Source: Lama guanicoe (Eukaryota). From it: a DNA stretch of 64,000 nt. Location of the stretch: NCBI GenBank assembly GCA_013239625.1, contig MU053873.1, positions 1,688,524-1,752,523 on the forward strand, in the 5' to 3' direction. A program made the position numbers and the translations under genes. The stretch's first letter is position 1, and the number at the start of each line of letters is the position of its first letter. Under the pieces are notes generated by a model that saw only the letters and a program-made list of their open reading frames with translations, did not search any database and was not told the origin of the DNA. Positions 1 through 12,585 of this stretch are shown in pieces.

Positions 1-989
1 GATAATTAATGCAGACCTTGAACTAGCATCCACATTACAAAACCTGACCCCTAGGCTGGCACATGAAACTCTTCTGAGCCTCAGTAACACATTAAACTCG
101 TTAAGGCTTCAAAAGTAATGAGATGTTCTTTCCTGGCTTTTGATAGACTTATGTTAATGCAGTGGACTGCTAATAAGCAGGGAGAGGCAGAGTTGATTTA
201 AGGATCTGTCACTTCCAAAAACATACTGTCTGATGAGGACAAGTTATCATTGTGAACTTGTCTTTTTCTTTATTCCTGTGCATGCTGCTCATCTCCCTGC
301 TAATTAGAGACCACAGGAAGTAACACTTCATTTTCTAGTGGCCCTCATAAAAGCTTCCTGCTTTCAGGAGGGACTGAGTGCCTTCCCGTCTCCGGAGTCG
401 GCCCGTGGCTGCCCTGCGCTCGTTCCCCTGCCAGGACCTCCCGCAGGCCTGCTGCTGCCATGGCTTCAGTTCCTTTTCTGCGCCCTCACCTCCAGTCTCA
501 CAGGTGGAGCAAGCAACAGTGGACACTTCCACCTGAAGCTAGAAGGTGGATTCACACATCCTATCCATGAAAGGATAAACCACGGGATAGCTTTCAGATC
601 TCACACTAGGTTAATACATACGTTTACTAATTTAGGCTGATGAGGGTGCAACTATGTAGGTCACGTTTGGTTATCATCGTGAGATCAGAGACAGCCTTTC
701 TCGAGATTAAATAGACTGAGTGACACACAGCATTAATTTCCTTTCCTTCAGCTACCCCCTCCAGACTTTCTTTTGGACTTGCTTCTCTGTGATGTTTTGG
801 GTGACGCATCCCTGTGGAGAACTAAGAAATCACTTAGTGGTTGTTTCCAAGGCGCTCTTTGCTAGGTCTGGGTAGTTTTGCTGTCCTGGGCTTCCCCTGT
901 TTCCTTCTGTCTCTGCATTTGTGTGCTTCGCTCTTGGCTGCCCCAATCACAGTAGTGTTCAGTAGTGTTTACCGTGTGGAGTTCATTTG

Positions 990-1120
990 GTAATGTCTCT
1001 CTCCCACTGGACTGGAGGTCCACTGAGGGCAGAGGCTGGGCCTGTCTGAATTCCTGTCAGTACAGTACCTGGAACGTGGTTGGCTCTCGGGAAGTAGTCA
1101 TTGAATAACTAAATGAAATG
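990..1120 (+). mobile_element. L2 LINE 3' end fragment
   Basis: tgtctctctcccactggactg...gagggcag...cagtacctgg...ttgaataactaaatgaa resembles the L2 3' terminus. Confidence 0.7.
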
Positions 1121-1304
1121 GATCTACCTTTTTTCAATATAAACACTGTTACTTCTTAGTTATGTTGATGTTGAAGCTAGGAAGGCTTCTGATCAATGCT
1201 AGAATTTGTCTGGCTATGAACAAGAAAAAAAATTTCCAAAGAAGGACACGAAGGGGACTAATATCAGAGTGAAAAGAGAGGGAAAAAGGAGGGTGGGGTG
1301 GGGA

Positions 1305-1333
1305 ATGTGTGTGTGTGTGCGCGCACGCGTGCG
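1305..1333. repeat. (TG)n/(CG)n alternating purine-pyrimidine tract
   Basis: atgtgtgtgtgtgtgcgcgcacgcgtgcg read directly. Confidence 0.9.
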
Positions 1334-2779
1334 AACATTATTTCAATCAAGCATTAGCTAATGCTTTATTGTTATTCTCCTCCTGTCAGCTCCTCCTAAT
1401 TTAGTTCATTGTTGATTTTTAAGCCCTAGAGAGAAAAACTCACCAGGGTTTATGGTGAGTACGGACTTTCAATTATGGTGTTTTTGAATGTTGGAAATGG
1501 CTAAGTCTAGAAGGATAGAGAATTATAGCTGGAGGAAAGTTACAAGGAGGAAAAAAGCTATTTGTCTAACTTATCTCTGAAAATGCGTCAAATAGGCAAG
1601 AGAATCTAGATTCTGTGAAATGTGAGGCCCAGGGCAGGTAGGGTTTTTCAGTTTATGGACACAGCTTTGATTTCATCTTACATCACTAAGTAATATTGTA
1701 AAACCAAGATGCATAAGGTGCCTTGCTGAGTGCTGTGTTATGCCAAGTTAATGCTCATGTTTTAACTCTGACTCCCTGTTAGAATCTCTCAGCTTGCTTC
1801 TTTTTGGACAAAGAAGAGAGAAATGGCCTCCTTTGGCCACTGGCCATGTGTCGGACACAGGGGAACGTACTGCCTGGCTGTCTGCTGCATCCTCTGAGGC
1901 AGTGACTGTGGTACCCATCTTACATAGCAGAAAGCCTAACGAAACGCAGAGCCCATTAGTGAATTAACTGTGGAGGGGTCACAGCTAGTTAAATGGTGGA
2001 GATGGAATTCAAATGTGGGCTTTAGAAAGGGATTCTCAAAAACAGAGTGCCGTGCCTCCCGGGGCTCTAGAATTGCGGTTTCAAATGATTTTGTTTGAGT
2101 ATGAGAAAAAGACAGACAGAAAATGACTCATTCACTGCCTTTCCAGACTTTTGCTGTCCCTTTGGAGATTTCTGTAGACTTTTCTCCACCCCTTCTGGAA
2201 ACTACCATTGAGTGTCCAAGTACTGAGTCTTCTCTAGTCTCGTTGGTCCCAGCAGTAAAATGGAGGAAAGAGAAATGTAGAAAAATATACAAGATGAAAA
2301 GCAGAGAAATGTTCTGTCACAGTGCAATCTAACACATCATTTAAACAATCTTACTATGGTGAATTTGAGAGCGAGGAAAATGGTTTCTCATTGAGAAATA
2401 AAAGTTCTTTGGCTTGAAGAATATTTTCAAAAAATAAATCCTTCATTACCCTAGGTATTTGTTGAAATGAAAACAGTTCATATCAAGCCATATCATGAAA
2501 GAAATAATTCAGCAGTCCTTGAGAATTTACCTAGTTTCCATTTAAACATTAAAGTGATCATTTAATCTTACATACAATTCCCTGAACTCTCTCTAAATAA
2601 TTGCTTTAGTGATTTTAGCTCAACCTTGAAACAGACTTGGATCTGTTGTATATTTGACTTCATTTGAAAGAAAGAAACAGTTATAAAGAAATAGAGACTT
2701 CAGAGGTTTGAACCATTTGTCCACAAGGACCAGAGGAGAAGTAAGTGTGTGCAAGCCCAGAATGGAATGAGGTATCAGC

Positions 2780-3032
2780 TCTAACAATAATACCACCCGT
2801 TCTATTGGTAGGACTTTATATAACGTCTACGAGGCATCTTCACATATAAGCTTCAGTTAATCTCTACAGTGGCCCTGGGGGACAGGCAGGACGAATATTG
2901 GGGTCCCTCTTTCTGAGACAAGGAAATTGAGCCTCAAAGACTGACTCCTCCAAGGTCACCCAGCTAAAGGATAAAGTCAGAACCTGAACCCAGGCCTCCA
3001 GGCTCCAAACTATTGCTCTTTCTACCAAGCCA
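2780..3032 (-). mobile_element. MIR SINE
   Basis: aaggaaattgagcctcaaaga...ccaaggtcacccagcta...cagaacctgaacccagg matches the MIR core in reverse. Confidence 0.75.
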
Positions 3033-3524
3033 TTTGTCTCTCAAGAGCCAAGTATTTGCTGTGGATAAGCTCTTGTTAGATTTGCCAAGGCTCATGCAGA
3101 GTCTCCGACTGTAATAGAACTTTTCCTATGTTTGAGACATTTGGACATTGCCTGGGGTTTGTAACAGTATTTATAGAAATGGAATTTGAGCTGTAATAAT
3201 GAAGTTCTAAATTATTTTCTGTGTAACAATCAGCTTTCAGATGAGCTAAGTTTAAGTCAATAGTATGTGAATAAACTGATCTACTTAATAACTTCTACAT
3301 AGCTTGGGCATGTGAGTTCCAGGATAAATCAGAAGCAGCTTAAATCAAAATGGGATAAGAAACAGGCAGCGGAGGAGAAATAAATAAGATGTCACTTAGT
3401 GTGATGCAACTCTGGTTAAAAGAACAGCTGTGAAGGGTTTGCAATTAATATAGTGTGGACAATTTTAGAAGCAATTTCCCCAGTAACTTAGCCTTGTATC
3501 CAGACAGAGTTTGAAATTTTTTAT

Positions 3525-4460
3525 CCGTTTATTCATTCAGCAGCTATTTGCTGAGCATCCCCATAATTCCAGTCACTCTGCTGGGCCCCAGGATTTCAGA
3601 GAAAAGACACGTTTCCTGTCCTTGGGCATTCACAGACCAGTGAATTTGTGGGTGTTGTGAACAGAGACTCTCAGAGGGATGGATGAAAGTTCATGAAGGT
3701 CTAGCATTCATCTTATGGACACCAGATTTTCAAATCTTTTATTTTCTTGAAGTTGGAATTTTCAGTATTTCATATCACAAGAGATAATGCAATCACTCTG
3801 ATTTGTGAGAAACCCAATTATTGAGACATTCATTCAGCAGACGTTTATTAAAGGCATACCACGTGCCTGGTCGTCTGCTGGGTATTAGAGCTGCAGAGAT
3901 GAAACCAATAGATTTCCTGCGGTAAGGAGATCTCAGCCTCAAAGGAGAGAAACGACAAATACGCCCTGTTCAAACTGCTGCTTACAGCTGCATGACCTCT
4001 GGCAAGCAGTTTAATCTCATGGAGTTTTGTAACAGTAAAATGATAATGCCTGAAAGCAGTAGGAGGGAACTGGGCCCATAAGAAGCCTTCAGGTACTTGC
4101 CAGTGTCAGCTGTCATGAGAGAAGTGGGAGAGGCACACAGAGGTCCCAGGAGCCACTCATGCCTCCAGGAGGGCTTAGTTGGGAGAGGCTTCCTTGAGGA
4201 GGTGCTGCTTGAGCTGCACTGGAGATAGAGTGAGTTTTTGGCAGACCAGCAAGGCAGTGTGAACCCCGGTGGGTATGCAGCACAAGCTGAGGCATGGGAT
4301 GCAGGGAAGACAGCACAATTGGAACGTCAAGTACAGGGAGAGCTGTGACCCAAACACCCCGAGAAGTGGGCTGGAGAGGTATGACGGGGCCAGATGCTGT
4401 GTGGCCATGGAGGGTGGTGGCATGTCACCCCACAGCCAGGGGCAGGAGGTCTGGAGCTGA
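3525..4460 (-). mobile_element. L2 fragments (3525-3645, 3826-4460) with a nested MIR fragment (~3962-4050, +)
   Basis: ttcattcagcag..tttattaa/tttgctgagc L2 tails; ggcttccttgaggaggtg..ttgagctg L2 body; catgacctctggcaagcagtttaatctc MIR core. Confidence 0.65.
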
Positions 4461-6059
4461 GAAAGACACATGGCCCAGACAATCCAGCGAGAACTCAAGA
4501 TCATTTTGCCCTTTCTCTCTGAGGCTGTTGGGTTAAATAATCTACGTGGTCTGTTATGTTAAGGAAAAAGAGAACCATATAAAAAACCCGCTGGCCAGTT
4601 AAGTCTACCTTCAAGCAAGAAATATTGTGCATACAAGGGGGAAGTCTCACTTTCTAGTTCTAGAGAAAACCAGAAAATTAATATTCTGATTTGGTCCAGT
4701 GAATGCTGTAAGAGTAAGTCAAGTATAAAATATGTACATTTCCTAGTAATGTCTTTGGTTGTGTTGGCAGAAAATTACCCATCCAGGATAAATGTTCCGA
4801 GAGACAAGCAGGATGTTAGCTGTGCATAGTTCAAACCGAAATCCCTTCTTTTTTAACCCAGACCCGGGGCCCGACTCTGTGACAGCCTACCATATGACAT
4901 GGTGTCAAACACTCTTCTTACCCCATCCTCTGTTAGGATTAAAACTGAACACTTTTGTCATGGTATCAGTAAAAATAAACCAAAAAGAAAACAGTCAGAT
5001 GAACTGGTCTCCATTTTCTGAAGGGCAGACGAAGCTGTTGTCACACACCACGGCGGCAGAGCTGTCACAGGAGCTCACCGGCCCTTGGTTTAACCACAGA
5101 AGACATGTTTTCTTAAATTATTTTGGCCTTATACGGTATTTTCTTAAATGAAAAATGCTCACAGTTAGCATGCCTGACCCTGGTTGGCCTGATCATTTCA
5201 TGAAGAATAATAATGTTATTATGGCAGAACCGTCTGGAAAGAATGTCGGCTCGCCTTGCTCAGATTCTCAGTGACCTCGCGCGGACACTCAGAGAGGGAG
5301 GGCTGAGTGTGCAGCCTGTGAGCTGTGGTGGAGGAACCAGTACTTTGTTCGGCATCCACGGGTTTTCACTTCCTTCTTTGGAAGAATCTCATCTTGGTGG
5401 GAAGTATAATTACCCCTGCATATGCCACTCGGGCAAGAGAACGTGTGTCCATAATCACTGAAAGGAAATACCCTGGTGTGGGAACGGGCCGTCCCGGCGG
5501 CCTGGCGAGGGTTAGCAGCTGCCGCCAAGACGCCGCGCAAGGGGGTGGCCTGGCTGGAATACCAGAGGCACCGCTGGGTTCTGGATGTGCTAGGGAAAGC
5601 CACACTCCTGTGTGCGATGCAGCGCAGTGAGGCACTGGTAGCTCTCTTAAATGCATCGCCTGTTCAGTCACAATTTATGTTTTTATTTTAGTTTTTGAAT
5701 AAGCAGTGCTTGTACTCAGTACAAAATTAAAGGGTTCAAAAGAGAAAATGGTGGACAGTTTCCCTCTCATCTTTTTCTCACAACCTAATTCTCCTTCTTG
5801 CTGCTGCCAGTGTTACTCTTTCCTGAGTGCCCATCCAAAGAAAATCTCACTCATTTACTCTTGGTACGTCTGTCTCCTGCTTCCCGAGGCCAGTGACAGG
5901 GCCTGGCAGTAGGTGTGGCAGAGCCGCTTTGTAACCTGCGTTCTGAACGTAGAGCCGACATCAAAAGCACATGGTGATGTGGGGGAGGGGTACAATTAGG
6001 CCTTTGTGACAACAAAATAGCAATGTTACGTGATGTTCTGTAGCAGTTGAATATTTGTT

Positions 6060-6600
6060 TTGCATGTCTCATTTTACCCTTATTACAATCTAGGAAACAG
6101 GCAACAGCAGGTATTTTTATGCCCACTTTACAGATCACAAAACTGAGGTGAAGAGAAAGTGCCTTTCGGTATGTCTTATAGCTGCTTGGGGGCAGAATTA
6201 GATTAGAGATGTTCTACCCCTTCCCCTTGCGTTCTGTCCAGTGTCGCAAGCCTGATTTTAGGGGCATTGATTCTCCGTTACTATATATTTTGAGTTGTAA
6301 ATAGAATCTTTTCTGATTTTAGAAATACCTTTGTCTCTTGCTTTCAATAAAATACTGGAACAAGCAATATTGTGAAGGGTTATCAAAGACCTGTACTAAG
6401 AAAAAATATATCATTATAACTAATCTCTGAGCCCTTCTCTGTTCCAGGCACTGTGCTAGGTGCTTATGCATGCCATTTAATGCCTGGTATTAACCCATTT
6501 TTCAGTTGAGGAAACTGAGACATGGAGAGGTAAAGTAACCTGCCAGTGGGTCTACAACTTGAAAGTGGTAGAACTGGAATTCAAATCCAGATCTGTGCCT
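6060..6600 (-). mobile_element. Two MIR SINEs (~6060-6260 and ~6415-6600)
   Basis: cccactttacagatcacaaaactgagg and cccatttttcagttgaggaaactgagac...gtaaagtaacctgcc are MIR core motifs. Confidence 0.8.
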
Positions 6601-7659
6601 ATTTCTGCCAAGAAGTGCTGCCTCCCCAGGTTGGGCGACCAGAGCAGAAATGATTATTATCTCCATAATACAGATATTTTATTTATTTAAAGATGTAGCA
6701 AATACATATGGGTCGTGATTATTAGCAATTATTAGAAGGTGATAAAAATTCAGTGTCAAGCTCTATTAAAATATCATAGAATATTAAAGAAGTAAAAGCT
6801 TGCTTCCTGCTTTCAGGATGTTACCATCAGGTTGCATAGAAGTAACACAAATAAGCTTCAGAGCATAACATGATCATGAAACCATGCTCGGAAACATGGA
6901 ATCAGAGAGGTTTGAAGTTAGAGAGGCCCGGGAGGTTATTTAGAGACTCCTTCCAAGCCTGAAGTCATCCTTTTCCCTCTGATTTGTGTGTCAGTGATAC
7001 CACCAGCCTCCCGAGACATCAAACCCACAGACATGGAGTTCTAGTACATTCCTTCCACTCCTTCATCTCCAGTCTTCTGAGGAGCAGCCTTGCAAGATAA
7101 ATTTAAAGTGACCATCACTGCTGCACCCTCCCTCCTCCACAGGAAGACCTACGAGCCCACGTCTGTTCTTCCACATCCCTTTCTAGCCCTGCCAACCGTG
7201 CTTCTCCTGGTTCACATCCTGTCAAATCTGGGCTGAGGAAAGGATACTAAACCAGATTCCTGGGTCCCAGTCTCTGTGCAGTCCAGGCAGCAGACTCTGC
7301 AGGCACAGGGTCCCTCCTGAACCGTGGCTGTCCTTCTGCTCCCCTGACGAAGGCGGCAGTGACATTTCTGTGCAGGTCCCCACGTCTGCTCTCACTCAGC
7401 CTCCCCACAGCAGTGCCTGTCTTGTCTCCACCTCCCCACTTACCAGGCTCACGGACCTACCTCTTTTACTGCTTGGGGTGGTATCTTCATCCAGATGCCT
7501 TCCTGCCACAGAGACATGCGGTAGAAAGGGTGCTGGACTGTGTTGTTTGTGTTGGTGGGGAGTTGGAGCCACACTGAGCACCCATCACTGGAGGAGGGGA
7601 TGGGTGAAGTGTGGGGGTGATGCAGTGGTGGGGGTGACAGTTGTGGTGGTTCCACTGCC

Positions 7660-10600
7660 AGTGCGGTGAAATAAGCTCCTCCCACAAATAACAGCTAAAA
7701 TCTTGTGGAAGAGAAATACCAACTACCTGAAGGTACTGAAGAGTGAACAGAAGCAAACCAAGAGTCTGGAGAGGAGCCATACCATGGCAGAAAGGGATGG
7801 CTTTTAGCCTAAGGTCAGACCACAGCCAGCAGCCACATTTGGCATTTAGAACTCCAATAAAACACAAAGCCCTGTCTGGTCTGAAGAACCAGATGACAGT
7901 GTTCAGGGTGATCACAGCCTGTGTATAAACTCTGCCCACATCTCTGGCTGACCCCTGAACTGCAAATACACGGGACAGAATCTAGCTAAAGATAGAAGAA
8001 CTGAACCAAGATTTGAATTATCACTTAAGAAACAGAATTTTTCATTTGAATCCAATCAAGTGAATAGCCTACTTTTAAAAAAACAAAATCAACCCTCTTT
8101 AGCAGAACATAACAGAATTCACAACACAACTTTCACAACATCTGGATATATTGAAAAATTATTTGACTTATAAAGAACCAAGGAAATATGACTCAATTTT
8201 AAGAGAAAAGACAGTCAACTGATATGAAACCTGAGATGACTCACATATTGGAATTAGCAGATGAAAATTTCAAAGCATTTATAATGATGTCCGAATCAAC
8301 ACATTACATAGACGGGAACAGTGATTCAAGTGATGTGGATTTCTCATCAGAAAGGATGGAGGGCAGAAGACATAGGAATGACATCTTGAAATGCTGAAAG
8401 AAGAAACCGTTGATCCAGAACATTAGAAACAGCAGAAGAATCTTTCAAGAATGAAGGCAAAATAAATATGTTTTCAAATTTAAAAAATACTTGAGTGTTG
8501 ATAATCAGAGGACCTATATGATAAAAAGTCCTAAAAGAAGCTCTTCTGGTTGAAAGGATAATGCTGGGGAGAAGCTGGGACCTTGAGGAAGAAGAGCAAG
8601 CATCAGAAATGGAAAATCATTGGGTAAAAACAAGAATAATTTTCCCTTATCTTTTTAAAGTGTATAAGACTATATAAAACAAACCAAAAAAATCAAATTA
8701 TTCTATGGTATTTGTAGTGAATATAGCTGCTATGCATGTCACAATTACACAATAAAAGTTGGAGATGGTGCTAAGTGGACCAACTGGTTGCGAGGTTTTT
8801 ACTTTTTTGCTTGAAATGATACTTTGAAAAGTTAAGGATATATGTCCTGATCCCCAAAACAATCACTGTACACAATAGAATGATGTATAGCTAAAAAGCC
8901 GATTCAAATTAAAATGAAATTCTAGAAAACATTCAGACAATCCAAAAGGAAGTAGGAATAGAGGAAGAGGGATGGAAAACCTCACAGATAAAAAGATCAA
9001 TGGACTCAGAACACATCAAAATCATAAATGTAATCATAGTCATAACGACAACATTTCAAATGACATGAACCAAATTTAATAGAATTAAAGGGAGAAATAG
9101 ACATTTCTGCAATTGTATTTGGCAATTTTAACACTAGTCTTTATTGATAGAACAGTTAGAAAAAAACACCCCCCCCAAAACAGATGATACAAAAACACCA
9201 ACCGCTTGACTTAATTACATTTGTAGAACACTACATCCCCAAACTGAAGAGCACAGGAAGACCTCATCTGATTGCACTTTGCTTTATTGCACTTCACAGA
9301 TACTGTATTTTTTACAGAGTGAAGGTTTGTGGCAACCCGGCATCAAGTCTGTTGGCGCCGTTTTTCCAACAGCATTTGCTCACTTTATGTCTCTGTCGCA
9401 TTTTGGTAATTCCTACAATATCACAAACTTTTTCATTATTATTATATTTGTTGTGGTAATCTGTGATCACTGACCTTTGATGTTACTATTGTAATTGGTT
9501 TGGAGCATTGTCTGTCTTATTTTTTCAAAATCGCCACAGCCATCCCTACCGTCAGCAACCACCACCCTGATCTGTCAGCCAGCGATGAGGCAGGACCCCC
9601 CACCACCAAAAAGATTTCCACTCACTGAAGGCTCAGATGCTGGTTAGTATTTTTTTTAACATTAAAGTATTTTTAAATTAAGGTAGGTACATTGTTTAGA
9701 CATAATGCTATTATTGCGTGCTTAATAGACTGCAATATAGCATAAACATAACTTTTATGTGCACTGGGAAGCCAGAAAATTCATGTGACTCACTTTATTA
9801 AGAGATTGGCTTTATTGCGGTGGTCTGGAACTGAACCTGTAACATCTCCAAGTCATGCCTGCACATATTTTTTCCAAGTGCCCATGGCACATTCAACACT
9901 GTAGACCATAAAACAAATCTCAGTAAATTAAAAATAATTGAAATACTATGTAGAGTATGTGTTCTGACCTCAGATATTTGGAAATTAAACACACTTCTAA
10001 ATAATCTGTAGATAAATGAAGAAAACAAAAAGGAAATTTAAAGATATTTCTAATAAATGATGAAGAAAATAAATATCAAAATTTGCAACGTGGAGCTAAA
10101 CATACACAGAGGGAAATTTATAGCTTTAAATGTTTCTATTAGAAAAAGAGAAAGATGTGAAATCAGTGACCTGAGTTCACACCTAACGAAGCTAGAGAAG
10201 GAAGAGCACAGCAAAAAGAAGGGAGTGACAAGCAGAATCGATGGAAGAGAAAATATTAAAAATGATATAGGAAAATTCACAAAATAAAACTTGCCTCTTT
10301 GAAAAGAGCAAACAATGGATAAACCTCCGGTGAGACTGGCTAAGAAGAGCTAGACCGTGGATTATGAATATAAGAGAAGAAAGAAGCGTTATCGCTGCAG
10401 GTCTTAGGCACATTGAAGGGATAAGAGGATATTAGGAACAACTTCATACCAATTCATTTAGCAACTAAGATGAAGTGGGAGAATTCCTTGAAAAATGCAT
10501 TTTAGCAAAACCAACACTGGATGAAACAATATGAATAGCCCTATATCTAGGAGAGCAATTTAATTCCATAAAAAACCTTTAACGACGACAACAAAGTCTC

Positions 10601-11740
10601 TTAAAGCCTGGGTGGTTTCACTGATAAACTCTATTAAATACTTAAGAAAAAAGCCCACAACTTTACACATAAAAGGTTATGTGACAATGTGCACATCAGA
10701 AAAATTAAAAAATGAGCATATTTAGTCATCAAGGAAATGTGGTTTAAATCACAAGAAGATGCTGCTGCATAAAAGTTAAAAGACTGACAAAACAAATGCT
10801 GGTGAAAATGTCGTGCAACAGGAATGCTCCTGTGTGACTTGGGTGACTGTAACTATACAATTACTCTGGAAAAGTTCTAACATTTGTACGAAACTGAACA
10901 TACACCTATCCCACGGGCCAGCAGTTTCACTCCTTGGTATCTACTCAAGAGAAAGGAAAATATACGTTCGCAAAAAGAATTCCACGTGAATGTTATTAGC
11001 AGCTTTATTCATAATATCCCCAAATAGAAACAGTGTAGGTGTCTATCAGCAGGAGACAGTTTAAACAAATCATAGGACGGAATGGTACTCGGCAGGGAGT
11101 AACAAACTACAAGCACACGTAACATCGTGGATGAATCTCAGAAATGCTTTGCTGAATGGCAGGAGCCTTCTACAGAAGAGTACACGCTGTAGGATTCCAT
11201 TTATATGAAGCTCTAGAACAGGCTTACTTAATCCATGGTAGAAAAAAATCAGAACTGCAGCTGCCTCTGGGGTGGTGAGGGCAAAGATGGCCTAGGGAGA
11301 GTCGCGAAGGAACTTTCTAGGGTGGAAGTAACATTCTCTGTCTTGATGGGGTTTTTGAACACAAGTGCACGCCTTGGTCGGAACTCACTGACTGCATATG
11401 AAGATTTGTGCAGTTCATCTTATTTTTATTTTTTTTACTGTCTATAAATTTCACATTAAAAATTGTGAAACAAACAATTGTACTGTAGCTCATAATACAC
11501 CTTCTGAAGTATTGAGAGGAACTTTAATTGAAGTCTGAAAATTTATTTGGAATTGCGTCCAGAATACAAAATGAATTGACAAATGGAAAGAGGGAAAAAT
11601 AGTTGAATAGATACGCGATAGAGCAGTTTTACTAAAATGTTAATGATAGAATCTAGGCAATAAGTGCTCGGGTATTCACCATAAAATTCTTTCAACTTTT
11701 CTGTACGTTTCATTCTTTCATGATGAAGTTTTGGGAAAAC
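7660..11740 (+). mobile_element. Ancient L1 (L1M, L1MD/L1ME-like), degraded and internally deleted, interrupted by a Tigger1 derivative
   Basis: A-rich + strand. ORF2 relics: ggcaattttaacac (GDFN-like), gtagaccataaaacaaatctc, RGKFIALN..IRK in ORF 10057..10287. The 3' end gtagaatctagg..ggtattcaccataaaattctttcaacttttctgta is typical of old L1M 3'UTRs. Confidence 0.85.
9254..9861 (+). mobile_element. Internally deleted Tigger1 (TcMar-Tigger) non-autonomous element, 608 bp
   Basis: Left end CAGGaagACCTC...ctttattgcacttcacaga...gaaggtttgtggcaacc and right end gctttattgcggtggtctggaac...atctccaagtcatgCCTG match recalled Tigger1 termini; junction near 9510. Confidence 0.9.
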
Positions 11741-11999
11741 GTAGAAGCGCAGCATGGGCATAGGGATCTTAAAATAGAGCAGAAAAATGAGAAAGAGGAT
11801 GAAGTGTGTAATACAATGTCGTTAACATGATTAAAACACCTATATCTAGATTTAGGGGAAGAAATTCAGGCAAAATGATACACTATACACATTAGAACAG
11901 TTGCCATTGGGAGAGGGAATGTAAGTGGGGTCCAGGAATGAGCGGATACGTGACAGATGGGAGATGGGGTGGGCGCATGGGTGGATGGAAAGCAGTAAA

Positions 12000-12205
12000 C
12001 TCAGCCTTATCTCGGCCTAACCAGCTACTATGCCATTTTACACAAGTTGTTTAACATTCTTTAGACTCACTTTTCACATCTATAAAATGGGGATAATGCT
12101 CTCCACACCTCGCAGAGTTGTTTTAAGCCTAAGATTAGATAATGTTCAGGAAGTTGTAGCACAGCCCCTGATCTGTGGTAGACACACAGCAATGGTCTGT
12201 CATTC
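12000..12205 (+). mobile_element. MIR SINE
   Basis: cacatctataaaatggggataatg...cctcgcagagttgtt...attagataat is the MIR core. Confidence 0.8.
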
Positions 12206-12454
12206 CTTCCTTTTCTTTCCACTCGTGTAAATCCTCAGTGTCCTTTAAGGGGCTTTCGTTCTTTAACTCTACCATACCGTGCCTTGTTTTCCAAAGACCG
12301 TGAGCACTTGCAGACCATTCCTTTCTATCCCATGTCGTCTACACGTGTAGAGTTGCCCTGTGTGTATCCATCTTGTCTCCTCACTGACCATCCCATGGCT
12401 TCTTAAGGACTCACAGTGGAGCTTTGAGTGTCCCTCTGCTTGGTTGTCACCCAG

Positions 12455-12585
12455 CATTGTTATGGTGTAGTCACTGTGTGTCTCTCTCTGGACCAGAAGG
12501 GCAGGGGCAGCATCTGTATGACTCCCTATTTGGTCTCCACATGGAAGGAGCTCAGCAAATGTTGGTTGAATGAATGAAAGAATGG
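12455..12585 (+). mobile_element. L2 3' end
   Basis: gagctcagcaaatgttggttgaatgaatgaaagaatg terminus. Confidence 0.7.

Noticed and set aside
638..719. TGATGA...CTGA spaced like a C/D box snoRNA
   Set aside because: C box lacks the leading purine, no terminal stem, and it is far from any acceptor.
950..969. CAGTAGTGTT x2 and similar short duplications as a CRISPR-like array
   Set aside because: Two adjacent copies with no spacers; ordinary slippage duplication.
7660..11740. The active TTC28 source L1 known from human tumours
   Set aside because: That element is a human L1HS in intron 1; this one is an ancient, disrupted L1M in a different intron.
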